From Gemmatimonadaceae bacterium (GTDB lineage Bacteria > Gemmatimonadota > Gemmatimonadetes > Gemmatimonadales > Gemmatimonadaceae): a DNA stretch of 56,445 nucleotides. The notes beneath the pieces were generated by a model. The model had not been told where the DNA came from and ran no database searches. It saw only the letters and a program-made list of their open reading frames with translations. This document shows positions 1-6,862 of the stretch, piece by piece; position 1 is the first letter of the stretch; each line of letters starts with the position of its first letter. The position numbers and the translations under genes were made by a program. Location: assembly GCA_040901985.1 (NCBI GenBank), contig JBBDYC010000012.1, positions 1 through 56,445 on the forward strand. The letters are read 5' to 3'.

Positions 1-56
1 GATAGAGCATCTGACTACGGATCAGAAGGTTGGGGGTTCGAGTCCCTCCGGGCGCA
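1..56 (+). tRNA. tRNA-Arg(ACG), 5' end cut off by window edge
   Basis: D-arm end GATAGAGC, anticodon stem-loop TCTGA-CTACGGA-TCAGA (ACG), T-loop GTTCGAGT, acceptor 3' strand ending GGGCGC-A; no encoded CCA. Confidence 0.95.
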
Positions 57-92
57 CTGCCACAATGCAGGACCGTTTGTCTACGCAGGAAT

Positions 93-166
93 CGGGGCGT
101 AGCTTAGCCCGGTAGAGCGCCTGCTTCGGGAGCAGGAGGTCGCTGGTTCGAATCCAGTCGCCCCGA
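93..166 (+). tRNA. tRNA-Pro(CGG); integration target of the element
   Basis: Full cloverleaf: CGGGGCG/CGCCCCG acceptor stem, CCTGC-TTCGGGA-GCAGG anticodon arm, GGTTCGAATCC T-arm. Confidence 0.97.
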
Positions 167-170
167 CTGA
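121..170 (+). repeat. att core, left copy (50-bp direct repeat)
   Basis: CTGCTTCGGG...GCCCCGACTGA is identical to 9559-9608; flanking bases differ on both sides. Confidence 0.97.
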
Positions 171-176
171 TGGTAA

Positions 177-219
177 GCAGAACCCCCGTAACGACTTAGC
201 GCGTTACGGGGGTTTCTGC
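177..219 (+). terminator. element-supplied terminator hairpin after tRNA-Pro
   Basis: AACCCCCGTAACG-acttagcg-CGTTACGGGGGTT 13-bp stem followed by TCTG. Confidence 0.7.
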
Positions 220-369
220 GTCCGGTGGCCAGAACTGCAGTAGTATCCAGCGGGTATCCAACGGCGAAAGCGGTCGCGGTGCAGGGGCGGCGCGCGGTGA
301 ATGTGATTGCGCGCTCGGGATGGTGCGCGTACACTCTCCCAATCGTTTCCCGAATCCGAGGCCAGCCCA

Positions 370-561
370 ATGCCGAATCTTGGCAACTGCCGGGACTGTG
401 GTAAGGAGGTCAGCACGACGGCGACGGCCTGCCCTCACTGTGGGCGGGATCAGCCTACACGGGGCGTCATGGATCGACAGCACAGTTGCCTCGGCTGCCT
501 CCTAGGCGCAGTGCTCATCCTCGCACTGCTGTGGTTCTTGGGCCAGTGTGCGTCGTTCTGA
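370..561 (+). CDS. zinc-ribbon protein with C-terminal membrane anchor
   Basis: MPNLGNCRDCGKEVSTTATACPHCG (CxxC-x10-CxxC) plus hydrophobic C-terminal helix; ATG 370 chosen within ORF 307..561. Confidence 0.75.
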   Translation: MPNLGNCRDCGKEVSTTATACPHCGRDQPTRGVMDRQHSCLGCLLGAVLILALLWFLGQCASF

Positions 562-676
562 CTATTCGAATCGGGATGCATTGCGCGCCCAAGTCGCAAA
601 GGACCGCGTCGTCTTTCAGCGTCACCACCGAATTGACGGCTCCGACACGTGGTCAAGGCTGCTCCGGTCAGCCGCG

Positions 677-1111
677 TTACGGGGCTCGCAGTATGGCGAG
701 CCCCGTAATCTCCCAGCCGGGTAGCTCCGCACCGGAGACGCTCCTCGTGGATCCGGCAAACCGAGGGGCCGCACGTATCTCGACGTTCATAAGGCCGTCC
801 GCCCCGAGCGCATAGGCCGCGCTCTTCGCGAGCGACAGCACGTCCGAGAGCGAAAGCGAGTCGGCAATCCACGCCTTAAAATGCATCCCCGGCTCCACCT
901 CTTTATAGGTCGCGCCAGCCAGCGACTTCACGATTACGATTCCACGCGCTTCGTGAGCCCCCGCATACGCACTCGTCGAGAAGAAGAATCCGTCAGTCGT
1001 CACTGAGCGGAAGTCGATTGCCTGAGCGATGTGCACGGGAGCGATCCGCGTGGGTGCCGGAGCGCACGCGACTAACGCCACGCAGAAAATGACTGGTCGA
1101 TACGGCTTCAT
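677..1111 (-). CDS. putative lipoprotein, YbjQ-like domain
   Basis: MKPYRPVIFCVALVAC lipobox-like signal; AKSAAYALGADGLMNVEI resembles the YbjQ-type A..LGADAVV motif; GGAG upstream of ATG 1111. Confidence 0.6.
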   Translation of the reverse strand: MKPYRPVIFCVALVACAPAPTRIAPVHIAQAIDFRSVTTDGFFFSTSAYAGAHEARGIVIVKSLAGATYKEVEPGMHFKAWIADSLSLSDVLSLAKSAAYALGADGLMNVEIRAAPRFAGSTRSVSGAELPGWEITGLAILRAP

Positions 1112-1137
1112 TGCTGCTCCACGAAGAGGATGGGCGG

Positions 1138-1461
1138 TCAGTACACTCTCGCGAATTTGCATCCGTTCACCGCAGTGCGCCTCAGCTCTGCTCTCGCGTT
1201 GGTTGGCCGCCTGGGTTCGGCGGGCTCAGCGCAGGCGTAGAGGTACGCAATCGCTACAATCTGCGCATCGCGTTCCCCCGACGATGGCGCACCGTACGGC
1301 GATGACGTCGCTTGTACGGACACCGTCGGCGCATACCCGCTCCAGACCACTACCGCGGTCGGTGGTGACAGGGACACGGGCTCGGGCACGAGCACCGAAA
1401 CGGTCGGCGCAAAGCCGCGGATGAGCAGCGCCGCGGCGCGCTCGATCTTCTCGGTACTCAT
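1138..1461 (-). CDS. hypothetical protein (element)
   Basis: ATG overlaps the upstream stop (ATGA) in the coupled leftward operon; no recognisable family. Confidence 0.4.
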   Translation of the reverse strand: MSTEKIERAAALLIRGFAPTVSVLVPEPVSLSPPTAVVVWSGYAPTVSVQATSSPYGAPSSGERDAQIVAIAYLYACAEPAEPRRPTNARAELRRTAVNGCKFARVY

Positions 1462-1967
1462 GAGCCGGCGTTCTGCTGGCGCACGAGCGCCTCCACCTCC
1501 GCGAGCTCCGCGAGTTCGTCGCTCGTAGGCTCACCGCGCAGTTTGGCGAGCTCATTGGCGAGCTCTTTCTCGTGGCGCGCCCGCGCCTGTGCGAGCTTCG
1601 CGTCGAGCCTCGCCTTCTTGTGGGCGACCTCTTCGGCCTCGAGCCGGGCCATTTCGACGGCGACGGCCTTGTCGAGCACCGCCTGCCGATCGATTGTCTG
1701 GCGAGCGTCCTCCGCGGTCGTCCCGGCCACAAAGAGGCGCAGCGTTCCGTTCGCGACGGCTTCGAGGTTCGCCAGGTGTTCGCGACCCCCATCCTCAACC
1801 CACGCGAGCGCGAAGCTGCCATCCATCTGGCGCGCGTACTGGCCGCGTCGGGCCGGCGGAATGAACTCCAGCGTCGCCACGCGAAACGGAAGCGGCCCCG
1901 CCGTGCTCAGTGGCGCGTCGCGTTCGGCGGTCGTGTGGTCGTCGGTCGTGTGGTCGTCGGTAGTCAT
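1458..1967 (-). CDS. hypothetical protein with coiled-coil C-terminus (element)
   Basis: 169 aa, Ala/Glu/Lys-rich helical C-half; 15-bp tandem duplication encoding TTDDH twice at the N-terminus. Confidence 0.65.
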   Translation of the reverse strand: MTTDDHTTDDHTTAERDAPLSTAGPLPFRVATLEFIPPARRGQYARQMDGSFALAWVEDGGREHLANLEAVANGTLRLFVAGTTAEDARQTIDRQAVLDKAVAVEMARLEAEEVAHKKARLDAKLAQARARHEKELANELAKLRGEPTSDELAELAEVEALVRQQNAGS

Positions 1968-1995
1968 GTCTGAGTGGGCTGGGAGTGGGGGTTGG

Positions 1996-2400
1996 TCATG
2001 CGGTTTCGATGATGGCCTGCTCCACCTTGCTGAGGCGCGACGAGAGTGTGGCGCCCTCTGGTTGATTCACGGAATCCGGGAGTCGCCCGTGCTCGGCAAC
2101 GTGGAGGAGTAAGCCGTAGATTGAGGCCGTCGATTCGACGAGCGGGATCCATGTCTCTGGCCGCAGGCACTCCCAGCGGCCTCTATGCTTGCGCTCGAGC
2201 GAGATACTCACGCCGAGCTGACCGTTCACGAGCTCGAAGCGGCTTATGAGGCGATGCGCCACTTTCTCGCGTCCGAGCCGCACCATGCGCACGACAAGCT
2301 CGTGCATCGCGGCGTCGTGGACGATCTCACCGTCGGCCGTAGCCGAACCGCTCGGTTTCGCTACGGCTGGCGCTCTGCCTTTCTGGCTGAGGGCGATCAT
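1996..2400 (-). CDS. hypothetical protein (element)
   Basis: 134-aa ORF, ATGA-coupled to 2397..2630, GGAGG upstream. Confidence 0.6.
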   Translation of the reverse strand: MIALSQKGRAPAVAKPSGSATADGEIVHDAAMHELVVRMVRLGREKVAHRLISRFELVNGQLGVSISLERKHRGRWECLRPETWIPLVESTASIYGLLLHVAEHGRLPDSVNQPEGATLSSRLSKVEQAIIETA

Positions 2401-2630
2401 GCGGCGGCCTCCTTGGGCTGCGGCTTGGCAAATTGACGATGCAGCACGACGGCCTCACGGCCTGTTCCGGAGCCGCGCCAGGTGAACACGACATACGGAC
2501 CGAGCTGCTTCAGCTGGCGCTCCAGCGCGTCCGCGTCCGTCATGCCGAGGCCGGCGAGTAGCTCGTCGCGCGTGAGGCCACGCGGCGATCGGCACAGGAG
2601 CACCCACAGGGCAGTCAGTGGGGTGGTCAT
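2397..2630 (-). CDS. small putative winged-helix protein
   Basis: SPRGLTRDELLAGLGM...LERQLKQL HTH-like pattern; ATGA coupling on both sides. Confidence 0.5.
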   Translation of the reverse strand: MTTPLTALWVLLCRSPRGLTRDELLAGLGMTDADALERQLKQLGPYVVFTWRGSGTGREAVVLHRQFAKPQPKEAAA

Positions 2631-2893
2631 GCGGCGATCCTTGAGGCGGGCGACGCGCAGGGTGGCAACACAAAGACTCGTTCCGAGCGGCGCCAGTCGC
2701 CGCGGCGGCCGGTGGCGATGCGACCAGCGGCACGCAACGCTCCGAGCGCGAAGTCGAGGGCCATGTCGCCCGGCTCCGCGAGAGCCGAAGCGATTTCGAC
2801 GCGCGACAATCCAGCTGGCGACCGGGCGAGCAGGTCGACGATCTCAGCCATGAGGTCGATGCGGTCGCGGGGAGCCTCGTGTGCTGAGGTCAT
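2627..2893 (-). CDS. small putative winged-helix protein
   Basis: EIVDLLARSPAGLSRVEIASAL...ALGALRAAGRI wHTH-like pattern; coupled to the rep stop, GGAGG upstream. Confidence 0.55.
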   Translation of the reverse strand: MTSAHEAPRDRIDLMAEIVDLLARSPAGLSRVEIASALAEPGDMALDFALGALRAAGRIATGRRGDWRRSERVFVLPPCASPASRIAA

Positions 2894-3708
2894 GCCGCTT
2901 CCTCCACCGGCGCCGACGGGTCGAACTTTCCAAAGCGCAGCCGGAAGTCCTTGAGCGACGGCGTGAAGTTGCGGCGGCGGAACTGCTCTCGCGTTTCTTC
3001 GACGTGCTCCGAACCCTTGTTACTCAGGTACCAATCCAGCCGTCTCGCGATCTCCTCGGCACTGTGACCAGCCGCGAGCAACGGCTTGAGTTGCGCCGCT
3101 GCTTGGCCGTATGGGAAACTGCCTCTGTCGTATCGTGATTCCCACACGGCACCGATGGGCGTCAGCCAGGTGTCAGGGCGCGGGGCTGATTGTGCGGCAT
3201 CGCTCCCAAGAGCCAAATGGGCCGACTCGCGCTTTTTGCGAGTCGTGCCAGTAGTTGCTTTGGTAGTTGGTGCCGCAACCGCAACCGTACTCGGAGCCGT
3301 AACCGTAACCGTAGGGCTGGCCTCGGGCTGGCCCCCGTCCTGCCTAGGGCTGGCCCCTGTCTTGTCCCCGTCTGGCGGCGCGGGCCAGTTCTTGTTCGCC
3401 TGCTCGGCGTGGTGAAACGTCTGATGCTTGCCGAAGCTCGGAATGATGCCGTACTCGGCGCCTTCCACGCTGTACTTCCGCACGAAGCCGCGGCACTCGA
3501 GCGCGGCGAGGACCGACAGAATGTCGACGGCGTCGTACGGCAGGATAGAGGGCTTGAGATTGCGCGACCACGGGAAGATTCCGCGGCGATCCGCCACCGT
3601 CCACAGGCCCGCGTAGGTCACGCGGACGGGCAGCCCGCTTTCGGCCTCCGCTTCGTAGAGCTCGTAGTTCGCGAAGAACTCTGGGGACACTAGGCGCTTG
3701 CGAGCCAC
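2890..3708 (-). CDS. phage-type replication initiation protein
   Basis: MARKRLVSPEFF...YAGLWTVADRRG...ILPYD...FGKHQ resembles the N-terminal domain of phage replisome organisers; Thr-rich linker with internal DNA repeats; helical C-domain. Confidence 0.7.
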   Translation of the reverse strand: MARKRLVSPEFFANYELYEAEAESGLPVRVTYAGLWTVADRRGIFPWSRNLKPSILPYDAVDILSVLAALECRGFVRKYSVEGAEYGIIPSFGKHQTFHHAEQANKNWPAPPDGDKTGASPRQDGGQPEASPTVTVTAPSTVAVAAPTTKATTGTTRKKRESAHLALGSDAAQSAPRPDTWLTPIGAVWESRYDRGSFPYGQAAAQLKPLLAAGHSAEEIARRLDWYLSNKGSEHVEETREQFRRRNFTPSLKDFRLRFGKFDPSAPVEEAA

Positions 3709-3890
3709 TACCGCCCCCGGGAGAGCAGGCGGGTCGCGTCGTACACTTCGAGCGCGGCCTCGATCGCGGCGGGGAGATGGCGAAGGCTTTCCTCCGCGAT
3801 GTAGAGCGATCCGCCGCGCGCATCGTCGTTAGGCGCTTCGATGCTGACGCGCACGGCGCCGGCGAGCGGCGCGGGCGTGACGTGGACCAT
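3708..3890 (-). CDS. small hypothetical protein (element); start uncertain
   Basis: C-terminal part of ORF 3708..4124; stop overlaps the rep start codon. Confidence 0.4.
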   Translation of the reverse strand: MVHVTPAPLAGAVRVSIEAPNDDARGGSLYIAEESLRHLPAAIEAALEVYDATRLLSRGR

Positions 3891-4012
3891 AGGGCGAGCA
3901 GGATGATAGGGCACGATTCCTTCCGGACTGGCGGCGCTTATGGCGCGTGACGAGCGAGTGTTCACCCGCGGGAGTAGGCTTGGCGCCGTGCGAACGCCAT
4001 GCCCGTGAGAAA

Positions 4013-4204
4013 TCAGGCTGCGATCGTACGCTGTTGCGTGAACGAGATTACCTCTGCCTTGGCGTAGCGCACGCAGCGAGGAGAAAGGCGAATCCACGGC
4101 GGACCCTCCCCCCGAAGTCGCCACTTTGCCACCGTCACCTCGCTGAGGTTTAGCAGCTTCGCCACTTGTCGGGTCGAGAGAAACTCTTCTTGTGGTTCGC
4201 TCAT
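4013..4204 (-). CDS. AlpA/excisionase-like HTH protein
   Basis: FLSTRQVAKLLNLSEVTVAKWRLRGEGPPWIRLSPRCVRY, a typical HTH_17/AlpA pattern; ATG 4204 overlaps upstream stop. Confidence 0.85.
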   Translation of the reverse strand: MSEPQEEFLSTRQVAKLLNLSEVTVAKWRLRGEGPPWIRLSPRCVRYAKAEVISFTQQRTIAA

Positions 4205-4440
4205 ATGACAGAGAGCTCCCCGTCGCGCTTTCGCGCCTCGGCCGTCGTACGGATCGGCGCGCCCATCCAGTCGATTAAGTCCTGGACGGCGAAACGCGCG
4301 AAGCGCGTGCCCGGTGGACGATGCCACTTCGGCCCGCGACCAGTGCGTGCGAATTCATGCAAGGTGGAAACCGAGATTCCCAAGAACTCAGCTGCCTCGC
4401 GGCGACTCAACCACTGTGATTGACTTCTGACAGAATGCAT
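4201..4440 (-). CDS. AlpA/excisionase-like HTH protein
   Basis: WLSRREAAEFLGISVSTLHEFARTGRGP; AGGAG Shine-Dalgarno upstream. Confidence 0.85.
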   Translation of the reverse strand: MHSVRSQSQWLSRREAAEFLGISVSTLHEFARTGRGPKWHRPPGTRFARFAVQDLIDWMGAPIRTTAEARKRDGELSVI

Positions 4441-4509
4441 TGCGCGACTCCTAAACAGTGTGACCTCATCTAACGGAACGCAGCCAACTGCTTTGGTTCA
4501 AGACTTTTT

Positions 4510-4549
4510 CGGGACTTTCGGTCCCATCTACGGGACTTCCGGTGCCATC
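4510..4549. promoter_or_regulatory. paired 19-bp imperfect direct repeats, candidate operator
   Basis: CGGGACTTTCGGTCCCATC (4510-4528) and CGGGACTTCCGGTGCCATC (4531-4549), 21-bp period, upstream of gene 4440. Confidence 0.45.
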
Positions 4550-4590
4550 CTGCGGCACGGCGCAGTTCCGGCGCGAGCGCGTCGAGACGA

Positions 4591-4782
4591 TCAAGCGCCC
4601 GCCTTCGACACTGAGCGCCGCGTCTTGCTGGCGTAGCGCTCAACCGATGGGCGGGACACGAGCCAACGATTCCCGTCCTTTCGGCCATCGAGTTCGCCGA
4701 CGAGCACAAGTCGCCACGCGCAATGCCACGACACGCGGAGCATGACAGCAGCTTGAGTGAGTCCGATTTCGGTGTCGACCAT
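4591..4782 (-). CDS. excisionase-like HTH protein
   Basis: IGLTQAAVMLRVSWHCAWRLVLVGELDGRKDGNRWLV, Xis-type winged helix; GGAGGGG RBS upstream. Confidence 0.7.
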   Translation of the reverse strand: MVDTEIGLTQAAVMLRVSWHCAWRLVLVGELDGRKDGNRWLVSRPSVERYASKTRRSVSKAGA

Positions 4783-4809
4783 TTCCCCTCCGCGAGATGT
4801 TCCGTCGGG

Positions 4810-4856
4810 AAAGCAAAAGGGCCGTCCCGTAGCGCTTGCGCGCTTCGAGACGGCCC
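4810..4856 (-). terminator. intrinsic terminator/attenuator ahead of the leftward operon
   Basis: Minus strand GGGCCGTC-TCGAAGCGC-GCAA-GCGCTACGG-GACGGCCC followed by TTTTGCTTT. Confidence 0.75.
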
Positions 4857-4961
4857 CGCCGTCACGTCACCATAATCCGGGCTGCCTGCCTGCCCCGGCC
4901 CAAACTACTCGGTGACGCCCCCAGGGCGACATACATCCGAGCAATCCAGGATCTTCAACTA
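4810..4961 (-). ncRNA. candidate structured leader or small RNA
   Basis: TAAATT -10-like box at 4973-4968, several GC helices including mutually exclusive pairings, ends at the terminator; family not recognised. Confidence 0.35.
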
Positions 4962-5061
4962 AGGCGTAATTTACTCTCGCTGTTTGTGTCTCGGTAGTCC
5001 CTAGACCGAAAAACTTTGCGGGCGATGACGCGCAGGTGACGGTGGCTCGCCTACGATCCCT

Positions 5062-5214
5062 ATGAACCGATGCCACCGGTGTCGCGAGGCCCTCGAGGAT
5101 CAGCTTGCGACAACGTGCGAGGCGTGCCGCTACGAGTTGCGGCTAGAGATCGTGCGGATGGCGGCGTACTTGCGCGCGGATCTGGCGAGGGGTGAGCGCA
5201 CGATCGCGCGTTGA
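5062..5214 (+). CDS. 50-aa CxxC-x11-CxxC zinc-finger microprotein (below ORF-track cutoff)
   Basis: MNRCHRCREALEDQLATTCEACRYELRLEIVRMAAYLRADLARGERTIAR*; TACGAT box 4 nt upstream. Confidence 0.5.
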   Translation: MNRCHRCREALEDQLATTCEACRYELRLEIVRMAAYLRADLARGERTIAR

Positions 5215-5309
5215 CGCCAGCGGCCGGCTAGGACCGTTCACTCGGAACATTTGCCGCGCAGACGCTCTTGGCATGAGATTGAATCACTCACACCAAGGGC
5301 GGGGAAGTC

Positions 5310-5786
5310 ATGAACAAGGACAGCGCAAAGAAGCTGAACCAATTGCTTGACGGCCTCGACGCGAAGCAATCGGCCGCGGATTTGGCTACGAGATTTCGCG
5401 AGCAGGCCGAAGCAGACTCCGTCACGGAGTTTCTCGAGAAGCGCGACTCCGTGATCCGACCAGCGATGCAGGCGTTTCTCGACCGGCTTCGCGAACGTGG
5501 CCACGACGGCGAGATTGACGCCTCGCCAATCGCAAACCACGCCAAGAGCGAGTCTATCGTGCTCCGGTACTACCTGCACAAAATGCGACCGGATCATGCG
5601 AACGCGCACTCCTGCCCGTCAATCCGGTTTACCGTGGAGTCGCACTCGGGGAAGGTGAGTCTTGCAATCAGCCGCATGCGAGTGCGTGGCGGCGGCTCTT
5701 CGGGCCCGGCTGGGCAGCTCGCCCTCGGCTCAATCACCACCGAGAAAGTGGAAGAGCTGCTAGTCAGCGTCTTGGAAGGGCTATAG
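5310..5786 (+). CDS. hypothetical cargo protein
   Basis: 158-aa ORF with natural composition and GGGGAAG upstream; no family recognised. Confidence 0.75.
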   Translation: MNKDSAKKLNQLLDGLDAKQSAADLATRFREQAEADSVTEFLEKRDSVIRPAMQAFLDRLRERGHDGEIDASPIANHAKSESIVLRYYLHKMRPDHANAHSCPSIRFTVESHSGKVSLAISRMRVRGGGSSGPAGQLALGSITTEKVEELLVSVLEGL

Positions 5787-5830
5787 CGTCGCCCTGGCGT
5801 AGCGAATCCGGACGGATTTGATATGCGAGA

Positions 5831-6418
5831 CTAAATGACTTCTGTCGCGGCGGTTGAGCCGTTTACGGGTGGCCTGTCGATAATGTCAAGGCGCATGCTA
5901 ACAACGTCCAGGGGCCGCTCAAACTCGCCCGTGTCGCGCATCCGGTGATGCTGCTCGCCTTCGCTCCGAACGAAGCCCATCCTCTCGTACCATTGAATCA
6001 GCTTGGGGCGATCCAGAGCGTCGAGTGTGACGTATCTCAGTCCCACGTCGGCAGAGATCGTGCGGGCGAGGCCGACAATCACAAGCAACATCCACTCGCC
6101 AATTTGTCTCTTTCCGTTGGAGATCTCTACGCCGATGCGTGCAATCTTGAGCGCCGGAACGGTTAGGTATCGCACCGTTGACGGCCTTTCCTCAAGTTTG
6201 AGGCGAATGGCATCCGTCAGAAGCGTGAAGTAGCCAACGCACTTGCCGCTCTCAACCACCACGTACGAGCGTGCCACCAACGCCTCTTCGTCCGACAGAG
6301 CGTTCTCTCTGGCGTAAGCCTGAATCTCCTCTTCCTTACAGCAGAACGCCCGAAGCTCAGTAACAGCTTCGGGCGCTCTGAGAATCCGTAAGCGCTCGTT
6401 CAGATCTTCAAGGCTCAC
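5831..6418 (-). CDS. GNAT acetyltransferase toxin (AtaT/TacT-like)
   Basis: AFCCKEEEIQAY...VGYFTL...VPALKIARIGV...GLRYVTLDA...WYERMGF; GTGA overlap with upstream small gene. Confidence 0.8.
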   Translation of the reverse strand: MSLEDLNERLRILRAPEAVTELRAFCCKEEEIQAYARENALSDEEALVARSYVVVESGKCVGYFTLLTDAIRLKLEERPSTVRYLTVPALKIARIGVEISNGKRQIGEWMLLVIVGLARTISADVGLRYVTLDALDRPKLIQWYERMGFVRSEGEQHHRMRDTGEFERPLDVVSMRLDIIDRPPVNGSTAATEVI

Positions 6419-6597
6419 TTCTTTCGGTTCTCAACTATCCTGAAGGGCGATGCCCTCAAGCTCGCGAACACCCTGTCCGCGGACGAAAAAAGTGATTCAC
6501 GCGCAGCCGTCGTCGGAGTCCCCTCTCGGAGCTCGCGTTCGATCTTGCGTGCGTCAGCGCCCTTGATGGTTGGAGTCACTGTGATAGGCTTCGCCAT
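6415..6597 (-). CDS. putative antitoxin, 60 aa
   Basis: MAKPITVTPTIKGADARKI...; AGGAGG RBS; translationally coupled to the GNAT gene. Confidence 0.7.
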   Translation of the reverse strand: MAKPITVTPTIKGADARKIERELREGTPTTAARESLFSSADRVFASLRASPFRIVENRKK

Positions 6598-6862
6598 AAA
6601 CCCTCCTGAAAAGGCCTGCCAAGATGCATCTCTCGCAGGCGGCTGGAAGGCAGCATGGCTACCTCTCTTCTCCCTCAAAGGGAGTCGACGAACAGGGCGC
6701 CGACGTTCTCGCCAAGAAGAGATGCGGGCGAGATCGCATCGTGTTCCACCATTACCCCGATGGACGTTCATCGGTCACTTAACGTCACGGGGGCCTAAGC
6801 TCTTAGGACGGCTGAATATGCGGGCGCCGCCCACACCGCGCAAGCCGCAACCTTGACACCTA

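Noticed and set aside
1928..1961. 15-bp tandem duplication as a regulatory repeat
   Set aside because: In-frame duplication encoding TTDDH twice at a protein N-terminus; most simply slippage.
4810..4961. Known riboswitch or hammerhead ribozyme
   Set aside because: No hammerhead core (CUGANGA/GAAA) or riboswitch consensus recognised by eye; kept only as an unclassified structured leader.
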